From Candidatus Poribacteria bacterium (GTDB lineage Bacteria; Poribacteria; WGA-4E; PCPOR2b), in assembly GCA_965218095.1 (NCBI GenBank), contig OZ244587.1, forward strand, positions 5,664,001 to 5,728,000: DNA of 64,000 nt, in the 5' to 3' direction. The position numbers were made by a program, and so were the translations under genes. A model generated the notes under the pieces. That model was not told the origin of the DNA and did no database searches. It saw only the letters and a program-made list of their open reading frames with translations. Positions 9,002-18,735 of this stretch are shown in pieces (position 1 is the stretch's first letter; the number at the start of each line of letters is the position of its first letter).

Positions 9002-10435
9002 ATGAGTAACTGGAAAGACAAAACCATCTTCACAGGCGATAACTTGCATATCATGCGGGGGATGAATAGCGCGAGTGTCGATCTAATCTATCTCGATCCG
9101 CCGTTCAATTCTAACCGCAACTACGCCGCCCCCATCGGCAGCCGAGCCGCTGGGGCCGCCTTCAAGGACACTTGGACACTTAGCGACGTTGACCTCGCCG
9201 AACACGGCGAACTCGCCGAGCAAGCCCCACCCCTGCACACGGTGATACAAGCCGCCCGCGAAGCGCATGGCAGGAGCATGCAAAGCTACCTCATCATGAT
9301 GTCCACCCGCCTGCTGGAGATGAAACGCATCCTGAAGGACACCGGGAGCATCTACCTCCACTGTGACTCGACGGCAAGCCATTATCTGAAGCTGGTGATG
9401 GATACGGTGTTTGGAAAGGATAACTTTCGGAATGAGGTTATTTGGAAGCGGACATCCGCACACAACGACCCTGGTAAATTCGGACGCATCCACGATACCC
9501 TCCTTTTCTATGTCAAGGGGCAAGGCGCGACGTGGAATCTGCAGTACGAAGCGCATGAAGAAAGCTACATTGAAAAATCCTACCGCCATCAGGATGCACA
9601 TGGGCGGTATCAAACGATTGATCTCACAGGTTCAGGAACCCGCACAGGGATCTCCGGCGAACCGTGGCGTAATGTTGACCCCACAGACAGTGAAAGGCAT
9701 TGGGCTGTACCGAGTACCGGCACGTATTCCGAATATATCGAAAAGCATTTCATTCCAAACTACAGGCAAATCTCCAGTATACATGACCGCCTGAATGCCC
9801 TCGATGAGGTAGGGCTCATCCATTGGCCCGATAGGGGAGCAACGCCCAGACTCAAGCGATATTTGAACGCCAGCCCGGGGCGTTCACTGCAAGACATAAT
9901 CGTTGAAGTCAACCAACTCGGGGCAAGTGCCAAAGAACGCACCGGCTACCCAACCCAGAAGCCTCTCGCTCTCCTTGAACGCATCGTCAAAGCCAGTAGC
10001 AACCCCGGCGATGTTGTGTTTGATCCCTTCTGTGGGTGTGCGACGACGTTGGTGGCGGCGGATCGGTTGCAGCGGCGGTGGGTAGGGATTGACATCTCAC
10101 CGAAGGCGGCGGAGCTGGTCGTCAAGCGCATCAAGGATGATCAAGGGCTATTCCAGGAGATTATCGCCCGCGACGACTACCCAAAACGCACTGACATGGG
10201 CGACACACCGCCCGCCCGAACCCATAAGCACACGCTCTTTGGATTGCAGGAGGGCTTGTGTGGAGGCTGTGGGATTTTCTTCCCGTTTCGGAATTTGACG
10301 ATTGATCATAAAATTCCGCGAAGTAAGGGTGGGACGGATCATTTTGAGAATTTGTGGCTACTGTGCAATGCCTGCAATTCCACCAAGGGCACCGGCACCG
10401 TCGCGGAACTCAGGGCGAAACTCAGTAACCAATAA
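9002..10435 (+). CDS. Beta-class N6-adenine/N4-cytosine DNA methyltransferase fused to C-terminal HNH endonuclease
   Basis: GDNL, LIYLDPPF, YPTQKP, DPFCGCATT; C-terminal CGGC...DHKIPRSKGG...NLWLLCNACNSTKG. Confidence 0.88.
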   Translation: MSNWKDKTIFTGDNLHIMRGMNSASVDLIYLDPPFNSNRNYAAPIGSRAAGAAFKDTWTLSDVDLAEHGELAEQAPPLHTVIQAAREAHGRSMQSYLIMMSTRLLEMKRILKDTGSIYLHCDSTASHYLKLVMDTVFGKDNFRNEVIWKRTSAHNDPGKFGRIHDTLLFYVKGQGATWNLQYEAHEESYIEKSYRHQDAHGRYQTIDLTGSGTRTGISGEPWRNVDPTDSERHWAVPSTGTYSEYIEKHFIPNYRQISSIHDRLNALDEVGLIHWPDRGATPRLKRYLNASPGRSLQDIIVEVNQLGASAKERTGYPTQKPLALLERIVKASSNPGDVVFDPFCGCATTLVAADRLQRRWVGIDISPKAAELVVKRIKDDQGLFQEIIARDDYPKRTDMGDTPPARTHKHTLFGLQEGLCGGCGIFFPFRNLTIDHKIPRSKGGTDHFENLWLLCNACNSTKGTGTVAELRAKLSNQ

Positions 10436-10445
10436 GGAGACAAAT

Positions 10446-10838
10446 ATGGAGACAAATAATTGGCTTACACCACAAGTAATTTTACAAGCAGTTGTGGCGA
10501 TAACTGTACTTGTTACCTTTTTTTGGAAGGTTCCGAGTAAGGGTGATATAAAGTCACTAAAGACTGACATTGAGGGTAATATAAAGTCACTAAAGACTGA
10601 CATTGAGGGTAATATAAAGTCATTAAAGATTGAGATTAAAGATGATATAAAAGAAACCCGTGCGGATTTGAGGCAAGCTAATCAGAATTTCACAGATCAC
10701 TTGAATCTCCATATCAACCATCCATCTGCCAAAAATGAAATTCCCCATGAATACCTAGATCAAAGTTTAAAGGATCTCATAACACCACAGAAAGGAGAGT
10801 TTTCTTATGATGAACACGTTAAACATACCGGACCTTAA
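10446..10838 (+). CDS. Small membrane-anchored coiled-coil protein with 11-aa tandem repeats
   Basis: AAGGAG RBS; TM segment ILQAVVAITVLVTFFW, then (GNIKSLKTDIE) x3. Confidence 0.7.
   Translation: METNNWLTPQVILQAVVAITVLVTFFWKVPSKGDIKSLKTDIEGNIKSLKTDIEGNIKSLKIEIKDDIKETRADLRQANQNFTDHLNLHINHPSAKNEIPHEYLDQSLKDLITPQKGEFSYDEHVKHTGP
10541..10639 (+). repeat. 33-bp coding tandem repeat x3
   Basis: gggt(g/a)atataaagtcactaaagactgacattga twice, plus a degenerate third copy. Confidence 0.9.
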
Positions 10839-11613
10839 CCTCCGCGCCGCGATTGAAAAAGAGCTTAACAAGGCAGCCGGTGACCCAATCAACGTTGATG
10901 AGATGGCGGATTTAAAGGAGTTGGATGTGCGCGAATCTGGCGTGCGCTATTTGACCGGGCTTGAGGAGGCAAAGAATCTGTCTCACCTGAGAGCAGGCGG
11001 CAATTTAGTGTCGAATCTCTCGCCTCTGAAGGAATTAGCCAATCTGAGATCCCTAGATTTTTGGGGTAACACGATATCAGATCTCTCGCCTCTGGAGGGA
11101 TTAACCAATCTGAAGGGATTGTGGTTTCAGGGCAACCAGATAGCGGATCCCTCGCCTTTGAAGGACTTAATCAACCTAGAATCTCTGAATCTTGAGTACA
11201 ACGATATAAAAGACCTCTCGCCTTTGGAGGGATTAATCAACCTGAAGTGGTTGAGTATTGCTGGTAATTCGATATCAGACATCTCGCCGCTTGCTAAATT
11301 GAAGAAGCTGGAGGGGCTGTGGATTCAGGATAACTCGATATCCGACATCTCGGTTCTGGAGGGATTCACCAAGCTGAATGACTTGGGTCTTCACAACAAC
11401 CGCATATCAGACCTATCAGTCCTTGAAGGATTAACTCGGCTGATAAGACTGGAGTTTGACATAAACTCACTATCAGATTTCTCGCTCCTAAAAGGATTAA
11501 GGAACCTGCACAGGCTGAAGGTTGAGATAGAAGACCCATTGCCTTTGAGTTTCTTAGTTGATGGAGAAAGGGGAGGAGGTGTTTTGAAAGTCCATGTTAG
11601 GAAATTTGAGTAA
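10807..11613 (+). CDS. Internalin-like leucine-rich repeat protein
   Basis: IPDxNLRAAI cap plus about 9 22-aa LRRs (NxISDLSPLEGLTNLxxL); AAAGGAG RBS. Confidence 0.92.
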   Translation: MMNTLNIPDLNLRAAIEKELNKAAGDPINVDEMADLKELDVRESGVRYLTGLEEAKNLSHLRAGGNLVSNLSPLKELANLRSLDFWGNTISDLSPLEGLTNLKGLWFQGNQIADPSPLKDLINLESLNLEYNDIKDLSPLEGLINLKWLSIAGNSISDISPLAKLKKLEGLWIQDNSISDISVLEGFTKLNDLGLHNNRISDLSVLEGLTRLIRLEFDINSLSDFSLLKGLRNLHRLKVEIEDPLPLSFLVDGERGGGVLKVHVRKFE

Positions 11614-11689
11614 GATATTGCTGGCGTGTTTGTTTCTAATTGTGGGGCTGACGGGTATTGGTGATGCTCGGTGAGTGGACTGAAAAAAG

Positions 11690-11788
11690 ATGAAAATGCT
11701 GCTCCCTGCGATAGTGGTTCTGATACTATTGGGCTGTGCAAGCAAGCCAAACCAGACGATGTACAATCCCCGAATACGGTCATCGTAG
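11690..11788 (+). CDS. Very small lipoprotein or truncated lipoprotein remnant
   Basis: Manual translation MKMLLPAIVVLILLGCASKPNQTMYNPRIRSS* with LLGC lipobox. Confidence 0.4.
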   Translation: MKMLLPAIVVLILLGCASKPNQTMYNPRIRSS

Positions 11789-11977
11789 CGGGCTATGAGG
11801 ATTTCACAAACTATCCGATGAATATGTCAACACATCCTTGTGACCGTTCAACCGGGGTGGAGAAACCGAGTTTTTCGCACACTGGAACACAAACCACGCA
11901 CCAGAAATGGATCTGGATCCCTCATTTTTCGTCTGCCAAAGAATCTTGGCGAAGATGAGAAAATAGGAGGTAAACTG

Positions 11978-13090
11978 ATGTCAGCACCCAACCTTGATGT
12001 GTTTATCGGCATCCCCAAAGAAGAAATTGATACCCCGGCTCTGCTGATCGATGTGGATATCATGGAAGCCAATATCCAGAAGATGGCAGATTTTTTCAAA
12101 ACGGTCAATGCAGACCTCCGTCCACATGTCAAAACGCATAAGACCCCGATTATCGCTCATAAACAGATTGAGGCGGGCGCGATTGGTATGACCTGCGCAA
12201 AACTCGGTGAGGCAGAAGCGATGATTCATGCGGGTATCCGCGACGTTCTCATCGCCAATCAGATTGTCGGGAAGCAGAAGATTGCCCGACTGATCAACCT
12301 CGCCAAACACTCGGAGATTATGGTTGCTGTTGATGATCTACATAACGTCGATCAGCTTTCTGCGGCTGCGGAAGCAAAAGGCACCACGTTACGCGTCCTG
12401 ATCGAAGTCAACTCCGGCATGAATCGCTGTGGGACGGAGCCTGGGCAACCCACGCTGGATCTGGCGCGTCACATCCTTCAATCGAAGGGTCTCAAATTTG
12501 AAGGGGTGATGGGTTATGAGGGGCATACCGTCATCACCCCTACTTTCGCCGAACGCAAACGTTTGACAGGCGAATCCGTTGAGATTCTGATTGGGACCAA
12601 ACGCTTTCTTGAAGAAAACGGCGTCTCTGTCAAGATTATGAGCGGCGGTGGCACAGGCACCTATGCGATCACCGGCGCTTACCCTGAGATGACGGAAATC
12701 CAGGCGGGGTCTTATGTTTTTATCGATTCAAGTTATCGGGAGGTCGAAGGAATCGGCGCGCAGTTTGGATGTGCTTTGACGATGTTGGCGACGGTCGTGA
12801 GTCGTCCGAATCCGACGCGGGTCATCGTTGATGCAGGGGCAAAAGTGTTGACGAGTGAGTCTGGTGCACCGCAACCGATAGGGATTGAAGGCTTAGAAAT
12901 GCGAGGGTTGTCGGAGGAGCACGGGAATATGACGGCAGACCCAAGCGTTGCGCTCAATCCCGGCGATAAAATTGAGATTTTACCGACGCACTGCTGCACA
13001 ACGGTAAATCTCCATGATCGCTACTATGCAATTCGCGGCGGTATCGTCGAAGATGTTTGGGAAATCGCTGCAAGGGGGAAATCGCAATGA
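11978..13090 (+). CDS. DSD1/D-threonine aldolase family PLP-dependent enzyme
   Basis: [52 protein letters not shown]. Confidence 0.9.
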   Translation: MSAPNLDVFIGIPKEEIDTPALLIDVDIMEANIQKMADFFKTVNADLRPHVKTHKTPIIAHKQIEAGAIGMTCAKLGEAEAMIHAGIRDVLIANQIVGKQKIARLINLAKHSEIMVAVDDLHNVDQLSAAAEAKGTTLRVLIEVNSGMNRCGTEPGQPTLDLARHILQSKGLKFEGVMGYEGHTVITPTFAERKRLTGESVEILIGTKRFLEENGVSVKIMSGGGTGTYAITGAYPEMTEIQAGSYVFIDSSYREVEGIGAQFGCALTMLATVVSRPNPTRVIVDAGAKVLTSESGAPQPIGIEGLEMRGLSEEHGNMTADPSVALNPGDKIEILPTHCCTTVNLHDRYYAIRGGIVEDVWEIAARGKSQ

Positions 13091-13403
13091 TCACAACAAC
13101 GACGTCAAACATCGAAGGCAAAGAGATTACCGGCTATCTTGGCATCGTCACCGGTGAGGCGATTATGGGCGCCAACATATTTCGGGACTTCCTCGCTGGC
13201 ATCCGGAATATTATCGGCGATAGAGCGGGCGCGTATGAGAACAAACTCATTGACGCCCGAGATCCCTGCGTGAGATGGAGGCAGAGGCGACGCAGCGCGG
13301 TGCCAATGCCATTGTCGGCGTAGATATTGATTATGAAGTGTTTGGTAAAGGGAATGGCATGTTGATGGTGTCAGCAAGCGGCACTGCGGTCAAAATTCGA
13401 TAA
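13087..13403 (+). pseudogene. YbjQ/UPF0145 family protein, frameshifted
   Basis: [34 protein letters not shown]... shifts frame at ~13261 and continues [24 protein letters not shown]...[14 protein letters not shown]. Confidence 0.85.
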
Positions 13404-13433
13404 GGTCTGAGTAGGTTGGGAAAAGAGGCTTCG

Positions 13434-13523
13434 GTTATTAGGTTCGGGTTTCTCGACGAAGCGGGTGATGTCGGTTGTTCGGAAGGATCCTCGCGTTATC
13501 TTGTGGTTGCTATTTTAAGGTAA
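13434..13523 (+). pseudogene. DUF3800-like N-terminal remnant
   Basis: Manual translation FGFLDEAGDVGCSEGSSRYLVVAILR* matches the xLDExGDxG...SRYxVV start of DUF3800 proteins. Confidence 0.5.
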
Positions 13524-13607
13524 TGATCGCAATAACAACACCGAACATCGAATGGAAAGAGATTACCGATTATATACGCCATGGCATAAAGAAAGCGAGT
13601 TGAATTG

Positions 13608-14663
13608 ATGAATCTTCACCAATTTCTGCGGGAAGATCTTGTAGAACTCAAGCCTTACCACGTCGATCAGCCGCCACACCAGGTCAAGCTCGACGCAAAC
13701 GAGTCGCCGTTTAATCTGCCACCGGAGATTCGGCAGGAGCTCGCCGAAGCAATCGCTCGGCTCAAGTTTCACCGGTACCCGGATGCGAGTTCAGATCTGC
13801 TGCGAACACAACTTTCCGAGCAATTGAGAGTTAATAAAGAACAGATCGTCGTCGGCGCCGGATCTGATGAGTTGATCGGCAATTTTATGTTAGCGTTTGG
13901 ACGACCGGAGGCGTGCGTCTCCTTTCCGACCCCGACATTTTCGATGTATCGCATCCTCGCACAAATTGCACGGCTCAAAGCAGTCGGCCTGCCTCTTGAT
14001 GAGTGGTTTGATCTGAATGCAGAGGCGTGGAGATCCCACCTCAATACCAACGTGATTAATCTTGTATTCATTTCATATCCGAACAATCCGACCGGCAATA
14101 ATTTTTCGGCTGAAGTTATCCACCAAATGCTTTCACGCTCCGACACACTCGTAATCCTTGATGAGGCGTATTACGAGTTTTCCGGGCAAACTTTGATGAG
14201 CGAGTGTGATCGATACCCAAATCTAGTCATCACACGCACCTTTTCCAAAGCCTACGGACTTGCCGGTTTGCGAGTCGGCCACCTGATCGCCCGACCAGAG
14301 ATTGCCAATGAACTTAACAAGGTTCGCCTGCCGTATAACCTCAACCGTTTTTCACAGATCGCCGCAACGCTTCTGCTCAAACATCACGACCGATTTTCCC
14401 GGCAAATTCAACTGATTCTGAGCGAGCGTGAACGGGTTTTTAAAGCCCTGGAGGTGATGGATGGCATCCAACCTTTCCCAACAGATGCGAACTTTATTCT
14501 CTTTCGGACAGATCGACCTGCGAGTGGTGTGTTTCAATGCTTGCTTAACCACGGTGTGCTTGTCCGTAACCTTGATCGTCCAGGGCCGCTGCGAAACTGC
14601 CTGCGCGTAACGATTGGCACGCCAGAAGAAAATAATATGTTTCTTCAAGGATTGGAAAGCTGA
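13608..14663 (+). CDS. hisC: Histidinol-phosphate aminotransferase
   Basis: KLDANESP, RYPD, GSDELI, PNNPTG, DEAYYEF, RTFSKAYGLAGLRVG, LRVTIGT. Confidence 0.92.
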   Translation: MNLHQFLREDLVELKPYHVDQPPHQVKLDANESPFNLPPEIRQELAEAIARLKFHRYPDASSDLLRTQLSEQLRVNKEQIVVGAGSDELIGNFMLAFGRPEACVSFPTPTFSMYRILAQIARLKAVGLPLDEWFDLNAEAWRSHLNTNVINLVFISYPNNPTGNNFSAEVIHQMLSRSDTLVILDEAYYEFSGQTLMSECDRYPNLVITRTFSKAYGLAGLRVGHLIARPEIANELNKVRLPYNLNRFSQIAATLLLKHHDRFSRQIQLILSERERVFKALEVMDGIQPFPTDANFILFRTDRPASGVFQCLLNHGVLVRNLDRPGPLRNCLRVTIGTPEENNMFLQGLES

Positions 14664-14731
14664 AGGGAAGATGCTGAGAAGGAACGGGGAAATGAGATCG
14701 GAAGTTCAAGGGTTCATTGATTCAGGGAGAA

Positions 14732-15238
14732 ATGAAAAAATCACGCATCACGGAAGGAAGTCCAGTGAATATTTCCCCCCGAAAAACAGAGAAGCATCAA
14801 CTCAACAAACTGCATCGTCGCTTGCTGCCTTTCTACATGAAACCCGCCATCTTGATCGCTTTCATGATGATTTCGCTGATAGGAATGATCCTATGGTCGT
14901 GGATAACCGCCGTTTATTTAAGCCATGTCAATCCCTTTTGGTGCAGCTTTGGTTTCGCGTTTGGCATTGTGCTCGGTTACATTCATGGAAAGTGGACAGC
15001 ACGCATGTGGGAGCGTGATTATTTGCGCGTATCGAGACGAGAGATTACATTTTGGAAAGCAAGGGGAGCGACAGGAACAACGGTTTACGTGATCCTTGCG
15101 CTCGGGGCTCCGATTTTTATCGGCCTATCCTTGGGACAGTCTTACGAAATTTTGGCGGGGCTTCAATCGTACATCTTCGGTTTCATTGATGGGATGAACC
15201 TCGCGCTTTACCTGTGGGTGCGGCAACTCCCCAGGTAA
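14732..15238 (+). CDS. Hypothetical membrane protein (about 4 TM)
   Basis: Four hydrophobic segments; GGGAGA upstream; co-oriented with hisC. Confidence 0.6.
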   Translation: MKKSRITEGSPVNISPRKTEKHQLNKLHRRLLPFYMKPAILIAFMMISLIGMILWSWITAVYLSHVNPFWCSFGFAFGIVLGYIHGKWTARMWERDYLRVSRREITFWKARGATGTTVYVILALGAPIFIGLSLGQSYEILAGLQSYIFGFIDGMNLALYLWVRQLPR

Positions 15239-15617
15239 GCGTAAATTTGACATTGGTGGAGAGAAACGGAATCTGTTCGCATCAACTTAACGACGCAGAG
15301 CGTTGATAACGACAGGCCGACATGGCGCCTGGAAACAAGGTAACGGAGAAAACTGCTCTTGCGGCAGGTTTGTCTCCCCTCTCCTACGCTTACTTTTACT
15401 CGCAAGTTTTCAACGCCCCCGTTGCACAGGATCTCGCTTTGCTAGAGACTTGTGGGACGCGGCTTCTGGCGATCCCTGAAGGGGAAAAAGGAAAAGGGAA
15501 AGTGGAAACCCGCTCCCACGCCCCCTCGCTCCCATGCTCCCCTGCCCGATATGGCTCGGATGAAAGGATCTGGGTAAAAGTAAGCTCCGTTTCGGAGAGG
15601 GGTTGGGGGAGAGGTCT

Positions 15618-16124
15618 TTAGCCCGCCTCTGAATCTTCCTCCGAGACCTCAAACGTCTGTATGACTTCGTTTGCAAGAAGCCGCTGTGCAATCATTTCAA
15701 GTTTGGATCGATCTGAGTGGACCTGTATCCAGTACTTCTGCCCGGTTTGTGTGCTCTGGACATCTAAAATGCCCAGGTCACGTATCCCCTTGAGGACACT
15801 ATCGCCAACGGCATCTGTTACGCCTGGCTTCAACCGAACCTCGATTGTCCACACGTCTGTTGGAGACATGGGGCCATCATCTTGCTCCAGGGCGTGCCTG
15901 ACCGATTCGCTGTAAAGGTAATCCTGCGTCACTGGATCGGCGAGGATCTCCAAGCAGATTCGCTCGATCGCAAGGGAATCCATGTTTCCTTCAATCCAGT
16001 AGAGTTGAGCGGTACGCACTGAATCCACGCCGACGAGTCCGAGGTCAGCGATATCCTGAAGGATGCCTTGTCCAATAGCATCCGGCGTTTCGGGTTTGTA
16101 GCTGACTTCAATTTTCCATTTCAA
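15618..16124 (-). CDS. purS: Phosphoribosylformylglycinamidine synthase PurS-like protein (two tandem PurS domains)
   Basis: EVSYKPETPDAIG...LADPVTQ and EVRLKPGVTDAVG...LLANEVIQ. Confidence 0.8.
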   Translation of the reverse strand: MKWKIEVSYKPETPDAIGQGILQDIADLGLVGVDSVRTAQLYWIEGNMDSLAIERICLEILADPVTQDYLYSESVRHALEQDDGPMSPTDVWTIEVRLKPGVTDAVGDSVLKGIRDLGILDVQSTQTGQKYWIQVHSDRSKLEMIAQRLLANEVIQTFEVSEEDSEAG

Positions 16125-16365
16125 TTTTTAATTCTCCTGAATCAGTAATTTTCGTCTAGTGAAACGGGATGGTTCAAAAACAGGTTGACATTTCGCGTTT
16201 TGCATCAAACATGAAATGCGAGACGGAATCAGGATTCAATGTATCGTTGCATCTTGAATCTTTGCTCCGCTTCGACTGATTTGGATTCGTCAACCGATAG
16301 CGCCTGATAAAAAAAACAGTAATCTTGCAGATATTCGTCAATTTGTCCGATAATAGGAGTTTTCT

Positions 16366-17337
16366 ATGAATAGGGATGTATTGCGTTTTGGAGTCGTTGG
16401 TTTGGGCGTGGGGAGGTCCCGTTCCAATCTCATTACCGAGACAGAAGGCGCGCAACTGGTTGCCGTTGCGGACCTCATCGAAGAACGCCGCAAAGCCGCT
16501 GCCGAGGCATTCGGCTGTGACACGCACGGAGATGCGCTTGAGATGTTTAATCGGGACGATATCGATGTCGCGATGATTATGACGCCGAGCGGTCTGCATG
16601 CGAAACTCGGCATTGAAGCTGCCAAACATGGCAAGCATGTAATCACCACCAAGCCGATGGATGTGACTCTCGAAAACTGCGATGCCTTGATCCGCGCATG
16701 CGAAGAAAATCAGGTCAAGTTGCTTGTGGATTTCGGTGAACGCTACAATGAACAAAATCACAAGATCCGTGCGGCAGTGGAGATGGGCACACTCGGAAAA
16801 CCAATACTCTGCGAACTGCGCATGAAGTGGTTCCGCGCCGATAGCTATTACGAGGGCTGGCACGGCACCTGGGCGCTCGATGGCGGTGGGTCTGTGATGA
16901 ATCAGGGTGTCCACTACATTGATCTGATGCAGTGGTTCATGGGACCCGTCGACCGTGTGCTCGGTGCGCACTATGGTGTGTATGCGCATCAGAATTGTGA
17001 AACGGAAGACCTCACATCAGCGATTATCCAGTTCAAGAGCGGCGCGGTCGGTAACATCCTAACGACCACGACCTTTCCCGGCGACAGCGTTTCAATGATA
17101 CAAATTCATGGTGAGAAAGGTGTCATCGGTCTCGGTCCAGATGTGTGGGATTTTAAGGGAGGAGAGCCGGAGATCTCCTTGCCGCCTTATCCAAAAAATG
17201 TGATTCAGGATGCCATCCAGGTGATTCGAGATGGAGCAGAACCTGCCGTAGGCGGCTATGAGGGCAAAAAGTCCGTTGCACTCAACCTCGCGATCTATGA
17301 ATGCGCCCGCACCGGCACACCTGTCGTCCTTACGTGA
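16366..17337 (+). CDS. Gfo/Idh/MocA family oxidoreductase
   Basis: GVVGLG, TPSGLH, GKHVITTKP, GGGSVMNQGVHYIDL. Confidence 0.9.
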   Translation: MNRDVLRFGVVGLGVGRSRSNLITETEGAQLVAVADLIEERRKAAAEAFGCDTHGDALEMFNRDDIDVAMIMTPSGLHAKLGIEAAKHGKHVITTKPMDVTLENCDALIRACEENQVKLLVDFGERYNEQNHKIRAAVEMGTLGKPILCELRMKWFRADSYYEGWHGTWALDGGGSVMNQGVHYIDLMQWFMGPVDRVLGAHYGVYAHQNCETEDLTSAIIQFKSGAVGNILTTTTFPGDSVSMIQIHGEKGVIGLGPDVWDFKGGEPEISLPPYPKNVIQDAIQVIRDGAEPAVGGYEGKKSVALNLAIYECARTGTPVVLT

Positions 17338-17390
17338 TGCGTAAAATGTAAGATCTTTACGCATTACGTCTTACGCATCACGTTTCATGC
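17331..17390. repeat. Inverted heptamer-repeat cluster (hairpin-forming)
   Basis: tacgtgatgcgtaaaatgtaa...ttacgcattacgtcttacgcatcacgt. Confidence 0.7.
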
Positions 17391-17455
17391 GATTTTCGTT
17401 TCTTCGCTAAAAATGAGCGAATCACAGGTATAAGTTTATCAAGGAGGAGGTTTAC

Positions 17456-18724
17456 ATGTCCAGCGAAAGTGTTCTCACTCAGCCGGCACAGCCGCCGGTA
17501 GACATTGTTGACCCTATCCGCGATTTTGTGAAGGAAGGAATTGATTTACAGGATGGTCTTCTTGAGACCGGATCTGATCCCTTCTGGAAGGAGTTGTGCG
17601 CCCTTGGTTCTGAACTTTGGCTAGATACCGGGGATATCGAGGCTGCCACAGCCTTATGGACTGATGAGTTCACAGCCCTGACAACCAACAACACCCTGCT
17701 CAATGTCGAAGTGCAAAAGGGAATTTACGATGATTTGATTCAAAAGGCTGCGAGCGTGCTTTCCGGGTTGGATAGTCAAACGCAGATCATTGAGATTGCG
17801 TTTATCTTGAATGCTCGGCATGGGCTTCGTTTAGCTCAACGTTTTGGCGGCCGGGTGAGCGTGGAACTTCATACGGATCTCGCTCATGATATTGAGAGAA
17901 GTGTATCTTATGGCCATCGTTATTATGACATTTGTCCGGAACACTTTATCATCAAAGTCCCTCTGACCCCCTCCGGACTGATTGCTATGCGCCGACTGCG
18001 CGAAGCGGGGATACCGGTAAACTTCACCTTGGGCTTCAGTGCCCGGCATAACTACATAGCGACCTCGTTTGGTGCTCCCTCTTATGTCAATGTCTTCCTG
18101 GGCCGGCTCAATGCTTACATCGCCGATCACCAATTGGGTAACGGCAGGCTGGTTGGAGAAAAGGCTGCCCTTGCGAGTCAACACGCGGTTAAAAGCCTTT
18201 CTGGGAGAAACCAGGAACCGACTCGACAGATTGCGGCGAGTCTGAGAGAGGCTGGACAGCTTCTGTATTTAGCTGGCATTGATGCCCTCACCATGCCCGT
18301 CAATGTTGCCGCAACAGCCAGGGAGGAGCTCTCCGGAGAATGGGAAGATAGTGTTGAAAACAATTATACGATTAATCTCAACGACGATGTTAACGAATCA
18401 GATCTTCGGGTGCACACACTTTGGGAAGTTTCCGAGTCCGAAGGTCAATTTGCCGACAGCCTAACAACCGATGTTCCCCAAACAGCGCAGGAAATAGTAG
18501 ATCGCGCGCATAAATTCGGCGCCAGCGATCTGTTCCCCAGGATGTCCGATGCAGACCTCGCGCGAATCACCGCTGACGGTAAACTACCGAAGCATGAAGT
18601 TTGGGCGGATCGGATTAAGGCAGGTGAACTCGCCATTGACACCCTTTTGAACCTTGGTGGGTTGGCATCGTTCGCGAGCGATCAAAAGGCGCTTGACGAC
18701 CGCATCCGCAGGCTGATTGCATAG
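17456..18724 (+). CDS. Transaldolase family protein (long form)
   Basis: LWLDTG, TTNNTLL, IIKVP (Schiff-base Lys), VNFTLGFS, FLGRL, IAASLR. Confidence 0.85.
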   Translation: MSSESVLTQPAQPPVDIVDPIRDFVKEGIDLQDGLLETGSDPFWKELCALGSELWLDTGDIEAATALWTDEFTALTTNNTLLNVEVQKGIYDDLIQKAASVLSGLDSQTQIIEIAFILNARHGLRLAQRFGGRVSVELHTDLAHDIERSVSYGHRYYDICPEHFIIKVPLTPSGLIAMRRLREAGIPVNFTLGFSARHNYIATSFGAPSYVNVFLGRLNAYIADHQLGNGRLVGEKAALASQHAVKSLSGRNQEPTRQIAASLREAGQLLYLAGIDALTMPVNVAATAREELSGEWEDSVENNYTINLNDDVNESDLRVHTLWEVSESEGQFADSLTTDVPQTAQEIVDRAHKFGASDLFPRMSDADLARITADGKLPKHEVWADRIKAGELAIDTLLNLGGLASFASDQKALDDRIRRLIA

Positions 18725-18735
18725 CCACTGAAACC

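Noticed and set aside
10541-10639. 33-bp repeats as a CRISPR array
   Set aside because: Repeats are contiguous with no spacers, in-frame in a CDS, and no cas genes are present
15254-15420. Minus strand begins GGGGGCG and ends CTCCACCA, like tmRNA/tRNA
   Set aside because: Only about 167 nt; the acceptor stem does not pair, and there is no TTCGA T-loop or terminated tag ORF
15585-15617. GGAGAGGGGTTGGGGGAGAGG tract as G-quadruplex regulator
   Set aside because: Looks like half of a common REP-like intergenic repeat; only one partial copy here and no further support
16174-16989. Long antisense ORFs (e.g. 16174-16989, 27673-28344, 38457-39239, 53446-54090)
   Set aside because: Shadow frames opposite well-supported genes, with no motifs
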